64,000 bases of DNA from Candidatus Roizmanbacteria bacterium RIFCSPHIGHO2_02_FULL_37_13b (GCA_001789395.1 MFZK01000022.1:6921-70920), one strand, 5' to 3'. Positions 28,324 through 37,933 are shown, counted from the first letter of the stretch. The notes: a model not told the origin generated them from the letters alone. Translations and numbers: made by a program.

Positions 28324-28356
28324 AAACAAAAAGGGACGCTAATAAGGTAACGTCCC
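28324..28356 (-). terminator. Rho-independent terminator of hup
   Basis: On the minus strand: GGGACG stem (28351-28356 / 28333-28338) followed by TTTTTGTTT. Confidence 0.6.
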
Positions 28357-28370
28357 TTTTAGTAAACAAT

Positions 28371-28643
28371 TTATTTAACCATTCTTTTTATTGTCTTTCC
28401 TGCTGTGAAACCGGGTGTTTTTGTAGCGGGAATTTGAATCTCTGCTCCAGTTTGAGGATTTCTACCTTTTCGAGCAGCTCTTTTTCTAACTACAAAAGTA
28501 CCAAAACCAGTAATAACTACCTTTTCCCCTCTCTTCATTGCTTCTGTGATAGTTGAAAAAATTACATTGACAGACTCTTTCGATGCTTTTGAAGTTAAAT
28601 TGGCTTTTTTAGCTACCTGCATGACCAAATCGGCTTTTGTCAT
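28371..28643 (-). CDS. hup: HU family DNA-binding protein
   Basis: MTKADLV...GFGTFVVRKRAARKGRNPQTGAEIQIPATKTPGFTAGK. A strong RBS GGAGGTG lies upstream. Confidence 0.9.
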   Translation of the reverse strand: MTKADLVMQVAKKANLTSKASKESVNVIFSTITEAMKRGEKVVITGFGTFVVRKRAARKGRNPQTGAEIQIPATKTPGFTAGKTIKRMVK

Positions 28644-28703
28644 TATTTTCTCACCTCCCTTCTAAAAAAAATCTTTTTTTGAAAAGAATAAGCGACTAGG
28701 AAA

Positions 28704-28732
28704 ATCATAGAGACTTTGAAGCTTCTTGTCAA
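28704..28732 (-). promoter_or_regulatory. sigma70-like promoter of hup
   Basis: On the minus strand: TTGACA (28727-28732), a 17-nt spacer, then TATGAT (28704-28709). Confidence 0.5.
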
Positions 28733-28767
28733 TCTATATTAAAAACATCTTACTGTAACAGTGTATA

Positions 28768-30216
28768 TCAAGAGTGGCTTGTTGCAAAGGCGCGAAATTC
28801 ACGAATTACTGTTATTTTTACCTGACCGGGAAAAGTAGGAAATTTTTCATTGACCTCTTCTTTAATTTTTTCCGCAAGCACCGTTGCTTGATCATCGGAT
28901 ATTTCCTCAGGCTTGACTACTATTCGAAGTTCACGTCCTGCTTGGAGCGCATAAGCTTCCACTATTCCTGGTCTTTTTTTAACTATCCCCTCAATCGTTT
29001 CAATCCTCTTCAAATATTCCTGGAAATCTTCATGCCGGGCTCCTGGCCGTCCACCAGAAACTGCGTCAGCAATATAAACTATCACAGCCTCAACAGAATT
29101 AAACGGAACATCTTCATGATGAGATGCAACACAGTCAATTACTGAGGACGATATTTTATATTTTTTAAGCAAATCAACGCCTAGCTGAACATGCGATCCC
29201 TCCTTATCGGTAACGATTTTACCTATATCGTGCAACAAACACCCTAATCTGACTACATTAACATCGGCTTTTAATTCATGAGCTAAAGCGACGCCAATTT
29301 TAGTTTCTTCTAATGTATGGAGTATCATGTTTTGTCCATATGAGTAACGATATTTGAATCTTCCCAATAGTTGAACTAAGTCTTGGGGTAGATCATGAAC
29401 TCCAGCTTTGTAACAAAGATCCTCACCAGCTTTTACAATTAATTTATCGGTTTCTTCTTTTGCTTTATGAACAATTTCTTCAATTCTACTAGGTTGAATG
29501 CGGCCATCACGAATTAATCGCTCCATTGATACCCGGGCTATTTCTCGACGTATAGCATCAAAAGATGAAAATTTAATTACTCCTTCTTCTTCCAAATCAA
29601 CGTCAACACCAGTCGCCAGTTCAAACGCGCGGATGTTTCTTCCTTCCTTGCCTATGATTCTGCCTTTAAACTCTTCGTTTGGCAACATCACCATTGATAA
29701 AGTATATTCGGGAGTAAAATCAACAGCTCCATAACGAATCGCGTCAACAAACATTTCTCTGGCTTTCTCATCAACGGTATTTTTTATTTGTTCTTCTGTT
29801 TGCTTGATCCTATGGGCAATTTCACTTTTTAATTTTTCTTCCCAAGCTTTTAAAATTAAGTCCTTAGCTTCCAGTTGCGTCAATTTGGCAATCTTTTCAA
29901 GCTTAGACAAAATCTCTTCTCTTTTTGTCGAGAGTTCCAATCTTTCGCTTTCTATTCTTTTCCTATCGCTTTCTGTTCTTTTCTTTTGTGCCTCAAGCTC
30001 ATTTTCTTTATAATGCAGTCTTTTTTCTATATCTATTGTCTCATGGGTAGCTTTTTTTGCCGCATCTTCTGCTTCTTTTTCAATTTTTAACGCCTCCTCA
30101 CGGGCTTTAATTAATATTTCCTTAGCGGTAATTTCCGCATCGGTCACTTTCCGCATTTGCTCTGCTTTAATATCTTTAAAAAAAGGTAGTTTAGTAACAA
30201 AATCTGAAAAATTCAT
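28768..30216 (-). CDS. rny: ribonuclease Y
   Basis: Charged coiled-coil N-terminus, KH domain (GRIIGKEGRNIRAFE), and HD domain (LLHDIGK...ASHH). Confidence 0.9.
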   Translation of the reverse strand: MNFSDFVTKLPFFKDIKAEQMRKVTDAEITAKEILIKAREEALKIEKEAEDAAKKATHETIDIEKRLHYKENELEAQKKRTESDRKRIESERLELSTKREEILSKLEKIAKLTQLEAKDLILKAWEEKLKSEIAHRIKQTEEQIKNTVDEKAREMFVDAIRYGAVDFTPEYTLSMVMLPNEEFKGRIIGKEGRNIRAFELATGVDVDLEEEGVIKFSSFDAIRREIARVSMERLIRDGRIQPSRIEEIVHKAKEETDKLIVKAGEDLCYKAGVHDLPQDLVQLLGRFKYRYSYGQNMILHTLEETKIGVALAHELKADVNVVRLGCLLHDIGKIVTDKEGSHVQLGVDLLKKYKISSSVIDCVASHHEDVPFNSVEAVIVYIADAVSGGRPGARHEDFQEYLKRIETIEGIVKKRPGIVEAYALQAGRELRIVVKPEEISDDQATVLAEKIKEEVNEKFPTFPGQVKITVIREFRAFATSHS

Positions 30217-30437
30217 AAGTGTATGTTTCCTAATTCAAGCGTTTTGGAATAAAAAGCTTACTGCAAAGATTTATGAAGCACTGAACCCAGCGTGTCAAAT
30301 ATGGTTAATAGTGAAATTCTCATAACAAACAAAATCTTTGATATATAATTCAATAAGTTTTTATGACGCTTAAAATACTAATAATATTGCTTAGATTAGA
30401 AAATTTGTAAGACAAAATTTATAATGTTTTGGTTATT

Positions 30438-30908
30438 TTAACTCATTTGATAATATTGTTCAAATGCTTTTTTTGCTATATCATAACTAAAGCCTCGCCT
30501 GAGCAAATAATTAACAGCTACTTTAAATCTCTTTTGCACCTCGATTCTGTCAAAGTGTAGTTTTTTTACAGATAGAGCTTTTAAGGCCAACTCAACTTCG
30601 TCTAAATTAGTTTCGTTAAAAAAACCCTCCAAAATCTCCCTATCAACTCCCTTTTGGATTAGCTCACTCTTTAAAAGTAACTTGCCTCGCGGACGAAAAT
30701 ACTCCCGCTGCCCTATCCACCAACTTATAAATTTACGGTCGTCTAGATAATCGCCCTTTTTTAATTTATCAATTATGAGATCAATCAGGGTTTGATCACA
30801 AGAAAGTTTGAGCAGATAGGATTTTATTTCTTTTTCGGTCCGGGGCCTTATATAGATTAGCTTTATACAACGGGCATACAGTGATTCTATCTCCGTCTTA
30901 TTATCCAT
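30438..30908 (-). CDS. recX: recombination regulator RecX
   Basis: A 156-aa helical-repeat protein immediately downstream of recA, with YLDDRKF and RGKLLLKSELIQKG patterns. Confidence 0.75.
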   Translation of the reverse strand: MDNKTEIESLYARCIKLIYIRPRTEKEIKSYLLKLSCDQTLIDLIIDKLKKGDYLDDRKFISWWIGQREYFRPRGKLLLKSELIQKGVDREILEGFFNETNLDEVELALKALSVKKLHFDRIEVQKRFKVAVNYLLRRGFSYDIAKKAFEQYYQMS

Positions 30909-30927
30909 ATAGAAGGGGTTTTATTAA

Positions 30928-31926
30928 TTATTTGCTTATCACCTTGGCGTATATTTCTTTATCTAAATCTCGATAGAACTTGGCATCTTTTGTCAATGCT
31001 TCCTTTAATTGCTCTCTCCCTTGTGATATTGTCTTATCGCCCCTTTTTATAAACGCACCGCTTTTGGTAAGTATCCCACTCTGCAATCCCGCCTCAATCA
31101 AACAATCAAGATGATCGATACCGTCTTTCGTAATCAAGAAAATAGCCTCTCTAAACGGCGGCGCGACTTTATTTTTTACAATTTTTACTCTAATCCTTGA
31201 CCCATATACCTGATCATTTTTTTTCAGCGTTTCGATCTTTCTAACATCCATCCTAACCGAGCAGTAAAATTTTAAGGCCAATCCACCCGGTGTTGTCTCC
31301 GGATTGCCAAACATTACTCCAATTTTCATTCTAAGCTGGTTGGTGAAAACAACGATGGTTTTTGATTTAGAAACTACACTTGTCAACTTGCGAAGCGCTT
31401 GTGACATTAGCCTGGCTTGAAGCCCCATGTGGGCATCACCCATCTCCCCTTCGATCTCCGCTTTAGGGACTAAGGCAGCGACCGAATCAACCACGACAAT
31501 ATCCACACCTCCGGAACGGATTAAACTTTCGGTGATTTCCAAAGCCTGCTCTCCGGCATCGGGTTGAGAAATCAATAAATTGTCAAGATCCACACCTAAA
31601 GTCTTGGCCCAACTTGGATCTAATGCATGCTCGACATCGATAAACGCAGCCACTCCTTTTTCTTTTTGAATTTGAGCCACAAACGATAAACATAGAGTAG
31701 TTTTTCCTGATGCTTCCGGACCATAAACTTCGATGATTCTCCCCTTGGGGATTCCGCCTACGCCCAGAGCAATATCTAAAGGTAGAATTCCTGTTTTTAC
31801 AACATCTATCTCCATTTTAGATTTAGAACCAAGCCTCATAATTGCGCCTTTCCCAAATTGTTTTTGAATATGTTCAATAGCAGCTTCAACGGCTTGTTTT
31901 TTTTGATTTAAATTGTCTTGCGGCAT
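30928..31926 (-). CDS. recA: recombinase A
   Basis: [16 protein letters not shown] (Walker A), [18 protein letters not shown]. Confidence 0.95.
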   Translation of the reverse strand: MPQDNLNQKKQAVEAAIEHIQKQFGKGAIMRLGSKSKMEIDVVKTGILPLDIALGVGGIPKGRIIEVYGPEASGKTTLCLSFVAQIQKEKGVAAFIDVEHALDPSWAKTLGVDLDNLLISQPDAGEQALEITESLIRSGGVDIVVVDSVAALVPKAEIEGEMGDAHMGLQARLMSQALRKLTSVVSKSKTIVVFTNQLRMKIGVMFGNPETTPGGLALKFYCSVRMDVRKIETLKKNDQVYGSRIRVKIVKNKVAPPFREAIFLITKDGIDHLDCLIEAGLQSGILTKSGAFIKRGDKTISQGREQLKEALTKDAKFYRDLDKEIYAKVISK

Positions 31927-32035
31927 AAATAAAAAATTTTAAGATTGCTAACGAGACTATGATAGAATAAAGATTGTAAAAAAACAATCGATTATAGTCA
32001 TCAAAATAACGGAATATGATTATTTACTAATGACA

Positions 32036-32109
32036 CGGGGCGTAGTTCAGATGGCCAGAACGCTGGGCTGGGGGTCCAGAAGTCGCTGGTTCGAGTCCAG
32101 TCGCCCCGA
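32036..32109 (+). tRNA. tRNA-Pro (anticodon GGG)
   Basis: Hand-folded cloverleaf: acceptor CGGGGCG/CGCCCCG, D stem GTTC/GAAC, anticodon stem CTGGG/TCCAG with loop CTGGGGG, T arm GCTGG-TTCGAGT-CCAGT. CCA is not encoded. Confidence 0.85.
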
Positions 32110-32198
32110 CTTTAGACTGTTGTAATAATCTAAATTACATCGTGTTGACAAAATTAGTGTATTTTTATATTCTTATTAGTGAACGATAGTTCACTAAT

Positions 32199-33056
32199 AT
32201 GCCTTACCTTAAGGTTATTTGTAATTATTGCAACGAACCCTTTTTAAAAGAAACGTGTAGATTTAACGAATCAATAAATCGCAAGTGGAATATGTATTGT
32301 TCGAAAGAATGCAGACTTAAAGCACGGACAACTCGAACTACTCTGACTTGTGACAATCCTCTATGTAAGATATCTTTTGAACGCTTACAAAAAGAAATTA
32401 TCAAATCGAATGCTCACTATTGTTCTCGAACTTGCGCTATATCAATTAATAACAAAAAATTTCCTAAAAGAAAAGCAAAAATTAAAGAATGTATTGTCTG
32501 TAATAATAAATTTACAGGGGAAGCAAAATGTTGTTCTATAGAATGCCGAAAGAAAAAAATAGAATCACTCATCATTCCAGGGAAAATAATTATTGACTTA
32601 ATAAAAGTGTTTTATAAGAAAAATGGACGAATTCCTTTTAAGAAGGAATGTTCTCACTATTATGCAGCTCGTGGCCGCTTTGGCACTTGGAATAAAGCCA
32701 TTGAAGCTGCGGGATATTCATCCAATCCTGTTAGGTTTGCTAAAAAACACATTGCTAAAGACGGCCACAAGTGCGATTCACTATCTGAAAAAATTATCGA
32801 TGATTTTCTTTATCGTAAAAAAATCAAGCATGCCATCCACGTTCCCTATGGAAAATGCAACATGACTGCTGATTTTAAAGTTGACGATACTCTTCTAGAG
32901 TTTACTGGCTTGGTTGGACAATTAAAAGCATATGATAAACTTCTTGAAAGAAAACGGGCGTTTTGGAAAGAATATGAACTTAAGGTAATCGAAATACACC
33001 CAACAGATCTATTTCCAGTGAATAAATTGGCTACGATATTGGCTCAACATGTATAA
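32199..33056 (+). CDS. triple zinc-ribbon + HEAR-like repeat + Vsr/DUF559-like endonuclease-fold protein
   Basis: Three CxxC...CSxxC units. GRIPFKKECSHYYAARGRFGTWNKAIEAAGY resembles the homing-endonuclease-associated repeat. The C-terminal SLSEKIIDDFL...ADFKVDDTLLEFTG resembles PD-(D/E)XK Vsr-like nucleases. Confidence 0.5.
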   Translation: MPYLKVICNYCNEPFLKETCRFNESINRKWNMYCSKECRLKARTTRTTLTCDNPLCKISFERLQKEIIKSNAHYCSRTCAISINNKKFPKRKAKIKECIVCNNKFTGEAKCCSIECRKKKIESLIIPGKIIIDLIKVFYKKNGRIPFKKECSHYYAARGRFGTWNKAIEAAGYSSNPVRFAKKHIAKDGHKCDSLSEKIIDDFLYRKKIKHAIHVPYGKCNMTADFKVDDTLLEFTGLVGQLKAYDKLLERKRAFWKEYELKVIEIHPTDLFPVNKLATILAQHV

Positions 33057-33122
33057 TTAGAGTATTGATGGAGGTCGACTGTCCGCTCCCCGACAGAATC
33101 GAAAAGCCGCCGTTATAACGAT

Positions 33123-34043
33123 ATGACTAAATTTAAAAAAATCTTGGTGACGGGATTTGATAAATCCGCTCTTGATGAAGATACTTGGACAAGAATCAAT
33201 AAGCTAACCAACTCAATCTCTTTTAAGCCCTCAAAAGAAGCTGATTGTCTTTTCTCCAGATTCAATAGGGTTGATAAAGTATTAATCGACAGTCTGCCAA
33301 ACTTAAAATATATTGGTCTTTTGGCAACTGGCACTGGAACAGTAGATCTTATTCATGCAAAAAAGAAAAATATTACCGTATGTAATATTCCCGGCTATGC
33401 CACGGAGTCAGTGGCAGAATGGGTGTTTGGTGTCATTCTTGAACATTTACATGATTTAGAAAGAGCAAAATATGTAGCGCGCAATGGAGATTTCTCCGGG
33501 AGCGGATTTTCTACGATGGAGATCCTCGGGAAAAAATTCGGGGTAATTGGTTTAGGCAGGATTGGTAAACGGGTTGCGGAAATTGCAGCAGGCTTTGGAG
33601 CCAAAGTTTGTTATTGGTCGAGAAATAGAAAAAAAGAAATGGAAAATAAGGGAATCAGTTATGAACCGCTTGACGCCTTGATTTCGACATGCGATTTTAT
33701 ATCACTTCACTTACTTTATAACAAAGATACCGCAGACATACTAAGTGAAAAATTGATTAATTCTCTTAAAAAAGGTGCTATTGTTATTAATGTTGCCCCT
33801 ATGGAATTAGTTAATATTCCGGCGCTTAAAAAGAGATTAAAACAAAACGACATCACTTTTATCTTGGATCACCCGGATGAAATGAATCCTATAGATGTGA
33901 AACAACTTTCTCGATACAAAAACTGTATTATTTATCCTCCCATTGGTTATGTATCTAAAGAAAGCAGAGTGTTAAAACAAAATATCTTTATTTCTAATCT
34001 AGAAAATTTTTTGGGGAACAAACCAATAAACAAAGTTAACTAA
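33123..34043 (+). CDS. D-isomer-specific 2-hydroxyacid dehydrogenase family protein
   Basis: NAD-binding GVIGLGRIGKRVAEIAAGFGAKV. The overall layout matches glycerate/phosphoglycerate dehydrogenase-like enzymes. Confidence 0.8.
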   Translation: MTKFKKILVTGFDKSALDEDTWTRINKLTNSISFKPSKEADCLFSRFNRVDKVLIDSLPNLKYIGLLATGTGTVDLIHAKKKNITVCNIPGYATESVAEWVFGVILEHLHDLERAKYVARNGDFSGSGFSTMEILGKKFGVIGLGRIGKRVAEIAAGFGAKVCYWSRNRKKEMENKGISYEPLDALISTCDFISLHLLYNKDTADILSEKLINSLKKGAIVINVAPMELVNIPALKKRLKQNDITFILDHPDEMNPIDVKQLSRYKNCIIYPPIGYVSKESRVLKQNIFISNLENFLGNKPINKVN

Positions 34044-34063
34044 TAATAAAATAAAACTCTCAT

Positions 34064-34348
34064 ATGCAAGATAGAATACCAACTGATTTTGCACCTGTTG
34101 CGCCGGATGGTTCATTAATTAAATTTGGTAATGAACCGTTTTATTCCGTAGCTCAAGCAAAAGATCGTCTTAAAGAATTATTGGGCGATATGGGCAATAC
34201 TACGGAAGAAGATGTCGTCGAAAACTGCATGAAAGCAAATCCACCATTTATGTTCAATAGTACAATCGTTCTTTGGAATGGTTTTAAAAGTACCGAAGAT
34301 GAAGTAAAAGATAGTGAGCTTACTATTGACACCGGGAATAGCGTGTGA
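34064..34348 (+). CDS. hypothetical protein
   Basis: A 94-aa acidic ORF with no recognisable family. Confidence 0.35.
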   Translation: MQDRIPTDFAPVAPDGSLIKFGNEPFYSVAQAKDRLKELLGDMGNTTEEDVVENCMKANPPFMFNSTIVLWNGFKSTEDEVKDSELTIDTGNSV

Positions 34349-34402
34349 TAGAATTTTACCGGGAATCCCGGGAAAAGTAAATATTACCGAGATTCCTGGA
34401 AT

Positions 34403-35365
34403 ATGAAAATTCATCTACCAAACAGTGCTTTTTTAGGAAATATTGATCCTTTTTTGAAATCGTTCAATACTTCCAATCCAAAAAAACTTGAAATCACAGC
34501 ACACAAACAGTGGATATCAATTCATCCGGTAGTCCTTTCTATGATCGCTGCGCTTGGCTTAAATTTAAAATCTAAAAATATAAAATGTGAACAAATTGAG
34601 GCGAAGTCTAGACATTATTTAAAACGAATGCGGTTGTTTGATTTGCTAAAAATTGAGTCTGGTATTAAAATAACAGAACACGAAGCTGCTGGAAGATTTA
34701 TTCCTTTAACACAAATTACTGATAGTGATTATCTAACGAAATTCATAACCGATATGATTCCGTTACTTCATCTCAAACCTAATCAAGTAGAACCAATTCG
34801 TTATGTGATTAGTGAATTGACAAGAAATGTTTTCGAACATGCACGATCTAAAATTGGAGCCATACTATGTGCACAATACTACAAGAAAAGCAATACAATA
34901 AGGATAGGAATTGTGGATATGGGCATAGGTATAAAATCGTCAATATCAGCCTCATATCGAGTTATTAGCGATTCAGAGGCTTTAAGACTTGCGCTTACGC
35001 CGGGAGTAACAGGAACTACCCATCGAATAGGAGGAACTGATTATAACGCCGGCGCTGGACTATTTTTTATTAAATCGATCGCCAAGGTAAACCGTAATTT
35101 TTTTGTAATTTACAGCGGTTCCTCAATGTATAAATTATTAAGAACAAAAAAGTCTAGTCGAACCCGACTATATGCAGATCCATTTAGAGACAAACATTCT
35201 GTCAGTGATAAATTCCCCTACTGGCGGGGTACTGTAGTTGGTGTTGATATTAGTTTAGACACGGGGGAAGAGTTTTCAAGCTTATTAGAGTTAATTAGAG
35301 AAATTTACTCAAAATCTATTAAGGAGAGAAAAAAAGCATTATTTAAAAAACCTAAATTTATATGA
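34403..35365 (+). CDS. GHKL (histidine-kinase-like/anti-sigma-type) ATPase domain protein
   Basis: N-box ELTRNVFEHA, G1-like IVDMGIGI, G2-like GAGLFFI. The N-terminal ~110 aa are of unknown type. Confidence 0.6.
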   Translation: MKIHLPNSAFLGNIDPFLKSFNTSNPKKLEITAHKQWISIHPVVLSMIAALGLNLKSKNIKCEQIEAKSRHYLKRMRLFDLLKIESGIKITEHEAAGRFIPLTQITDSDYLTKFITDMIPLLHLKPNQVEPIRYVISELTRNVFEHARSKIGAILCAQYYKKSNTIRIGIVDMGIGIKSSISASYRVISDSEALRLALTPGVTGTTHRIGGTDYNAGAGLFFIKSIAKVNRNFFVIYSGSSMYKLLRTKKSSRTRLYADPFRDKHSVSDKFPYWRGTVVGVDISLDTGEEFSSLLELIREIYSKSIKERKKALFKKPKFI

Positions 35366-35646
35366 AAAGAGTTATTATTTTTCGAAAAACAGGCAGTTTT
35401 GCTGAAAATAAAGATCTTGCAAGAGATATAAGAATTAACTTAATAGAGCCTTCAATAAAAAAAGAGAAAGAAGTAATCTTAGACTTTAAAGGCGTTGATT
35501 CTGTAACTCAGTCTTTTATGCATGCTTTAATTAGTGAAACAATCAGAGAATTTGGTCCGAAATCATTAGATTTAATTTCATTTAAAGACTGCAATGAAAC
35601 GGTAAAAAATATTGTTAATATAGTCGTTGAATATATGCAGATATAA
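35362..35646 (+). CDS. STAS-like (DUF4325-type) small protein
   Basis: A 94-aa protein whose start overlaps the upstream stop (ATGA). ILDFKGVDSVTQSFMHALISE matches the DUF4325/STAS-like pattern, from memory. Confidence 0.5.
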   Translation: MKRVIIFRKTGSFAENKDLARDIRINLIEPSIKKEKEVILDFKGVDSVTQSFMHALISETIREFGPKSLDLISFKDCNETVKNIVNIVVEYMQI

Positions 35647-36871
35647 GAACGCTGATATAACAATATATACTGTGGTAATAAACGGTAACAAGAATATAGT
35701 CAAATCTTCAGCTCTTTTCTTTATTATTTTTTTCTTTTCATACTTTATTTTTCAGGGTATGATTACATCTCCCAATGAAATTGACAGCTTGAAGCTCCAT
35801 ATCCCAACTGCTCATAAAATTTTAGATGGGAGCATATACAATCCCAAGACTTTCACAAACGACCTGTTTTATTACCCTTGGATTATTGAATATATTTTAG
35901 CCGTATTTATTCTGTTAAAAATTCCTTTAAATTTATATAACGTCGTCGCTACAGGCTTCCTTTTATTGGCAATTTTTAAATTGACTAATTTGGTTATCAA
36001 GGAAAAACAAAATGCGCTTTTTGCTATCTCTTTTTGTTTTTTACCTGTGATTACCCGTTGGCTCAATACTCAAAAAAATGATATCTGGACAGTGTTTTTT
36101 TATATCATCTCAATCTGCATCTTAGAGAAAGGATTGTCGAGCCGCAAGTCTTATTTACTACTTGGGGTAACTTTAGGAGCGGTCGCAGGAGCAAAATATT
36201 TTAGTTGGTTATTTATCATTCCGGTAATTGCTATTTACTATAAACAGTTCACAAACTCCAAAAAAATATCGTTTTTAATTTTAACTTTTTTATCGCTTAG
36301 TTTAATCGGCGGCTCGTGGATCCTTCGCGCATGGTTTTATACCGGCAACCCTGTCTATCCTTTAAATATTGCTATCGTGAGTGGATCTGGTGATGAATTT
36401 TTTAGATTTAATTTAATTAAATATATTTTATTTTTTAAGAACGGTTTATTCATTTTTATTGAAAAATTGTTTTCTGAATATCTTTTTTGGGCATTGGCAC
36501 TTTTTAGCATTCCTTTTTTTACGCTACACATCAAACACAAAAATAAATCTCTCTCTGACTCAATCAAACGAATAGCAAGTCTTGGATTTATAAACTTTGT
36601 CATTTTTCTATTTCTTCCCACTTGGGTTGATAATTTGACCTCAAGCATGCGTTACGGATATTATTCGATCATTCCACTTGCAATTGTCTCATGGTGGCTA
36701 TTAATTAAACACAAAACTCAATTTTGGGCATATACTTTGTCTTTTTTGACCATATTTACCGGGCTAACTAATTTTGACTTCCGACCTAAAATCGCATTGT
36801 TTTCTCTAATCGTCTTGTTTGTGGTAATCAAATACAAGAAAGAGCAGAAATTTAATTTTCATGATTCTTGA
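35627..36871 (+). CDS. polytopic membrane protein, GT-C-like glycosyltransferase candidate
   Basis: A 414-aa protein with many TM segments. The start is uncertain and may be an internal Met. Confidence 0.4.
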   Translation: MNICRYKNADITIYTVVINGNKNIVKSSALFFIIFFFSYFIFQGMITSPNEIDSLKLHIPTAHKILDGSIYNPKTFTNDLFYYPWIIEYILAVFILLKIPLNLYNVVATGFLLLAIFKLTNLVIKEKQNALFAISFCFLPVITRWLNTQKNDIWTVFFYIISICILEKGLSSRKSYLLLGVTLGAVAGAKYFSWLFIIPVIAIYYKQFTNSKKISFLILTFLSLSLIGGSWILRAWFYTGNPVYPLNIAIVSGSGDEFFRFNLIKYILFFKNGLFIFIEKLFSEYLFWALALFSIPFFTLHIKHKNKSLSDSIKRIASLGFINFVIFLFLPTWVDNLTSSMRYGYYSIIPLAIVSWWLLIKHKTQFWAYTLSFLTIFTGLTNFDFRPKIALFSLIVLFVVIKYKKEQKFNFHDS

Positions 36872-37866
36872 TTTTCGAGGTATCGCTCAATCTCAAGAGC
36901 CGCAGCTATCCCCATCCCAACCGCAGTACCAGCTTGACGGTAAACATAGTCAACACAATCTCCAGCTGCAAAAATGCCATTTATATTTGTTGAGTATTGG
37001 TATTTAGTATTTAATATTTGATATTTGGTATTTTTGTTAGCAACCATTTCCCAGGCCATTAAAGCTGAGGTTTTAATATAACCTTTTTTATCTAAAATCA
37101 CTCCGCTGTCTTTTAAAAAACCCGTATCAGGTTTATGACCAATTGCTAAAAATAGTCCGTCTGTCTTTAAGATTGATTTATTGTTCAATTGCTTTATTGT
37201 TGTATTATTGTCGGTTTTTATTTTTAATCCTTCAACCCTTTGCTCTCCCAAAACCTCTTCTACCTCACTCTTCCATAAAACTATAATTTTAGGGTGTTTC
37301 AAAACTCGGTTTTGCATAATTTTAGAAGCACGAAATTCACTACGTCTGTGAATGATAAATATCTGATTGGCAAATTTGGTTAAAAATAGAGATTCTTCCA
37401 TTGCTGTATCTCCACCACCAACCACAGCAATCGTCTTATCTTTAAAGAAAAACCCATCACAAGTGGCGCAAGCAGAAACACCCCTACCTCGAAGTCGCGT
37501 CTCTGAAGGCAATCCGAGCCATAAAGCTGAAGCTCCCGTGGTAATAAGAACTGATTTTGCTTTCATTTCTTTACCGGATGATAAATAAATCGTGTGTGGT
37601 TTTTTTGAAAAATCAACATGATCCACATTGTCATTAATAAATCGGGTTCCAAATTTTTCCGCGTGTGATTTATATTTAGAAATTAATTCCGGGCCTAATA
37701 TCGACTCAAACCCCGGATAATTTTCGACATCTGTCGTCAACATTAGCTGCCCTCCTGGGGTTTGCCCCGCTACAACAATGGGATTAAGACCTGCCCGCGC
37801 GGTATAAAGGGCGGCGGCAAGACCAGCCGGACCTCCTCCTATTATAATTACGTTTTCAATTTCCAT
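36859..37866 (-). CDS. trxB: thioredoxin-disulfide reductase
   Basis: GGGPAGLAAALY, redox centre CATCDG, GGGDTAMEE, GIFAAGD. It carries the in-frame heptamer-array insert at 36992-37033. Confidence 0.9.
   Translation of the reverse strand: MEIENVIIIGGGPAGLAAALYTARAGLNPIVVAGQTPGGQLMLTTDVENYPGFESILGPELISKYKSHAEKFGTRFINDNVDHVDFSKKPHTIYLSSGKEMKAKSVLITTGASALWLGLPSETRLRGRGVSACATCDGFFFKDKTIAVVGGGDTAMEESLFLTKFANQIFIIHRRSEFRASKIMQNRVLKHPKIIVLWKSEVEEVLGEQRVEGLKIKTDNNTTIKQLNNKSILKTDGLFLAIGHKPDTGFLKDSGVILDKKGYIKTSALMAWEMVANKNTKYQILNTKYQYSTNINGIFAAGDCVDYVYRQAGTAVGMGIAAALEIERYLENQES
36992..37033 (-). repeat. six tandem degenerate heptamers (coding strand AAATAYY) inside trxB
   Basis: Plus strand: GAGTATT GGTATTT AGTATTT AATATTT GATATTT GGTATTT, 42 nt, equal to 14 codons (TKYQILNTKYQYST). 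Confidence 0.75.
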
Positions 37867-37933
37867 AAGCTAAGGCCATTTTAAACAAGACTCGTTGAAT
37901 TTACAAGATAAAGTTTTTATACTTATAGCCATA

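Noticed and set aside
33071-33100. Possible att-like repeat of the tRNA-Pro 3' end (CTCCCCGAC versus CGCCCCGAC) that would make 32110-33096 a tRNA-targeted insertion
   Set aside because: Only about 8-9 nt match, with a mismatch, which is within chance expectation. It is kept only as a hairpin or terminator-like structure.
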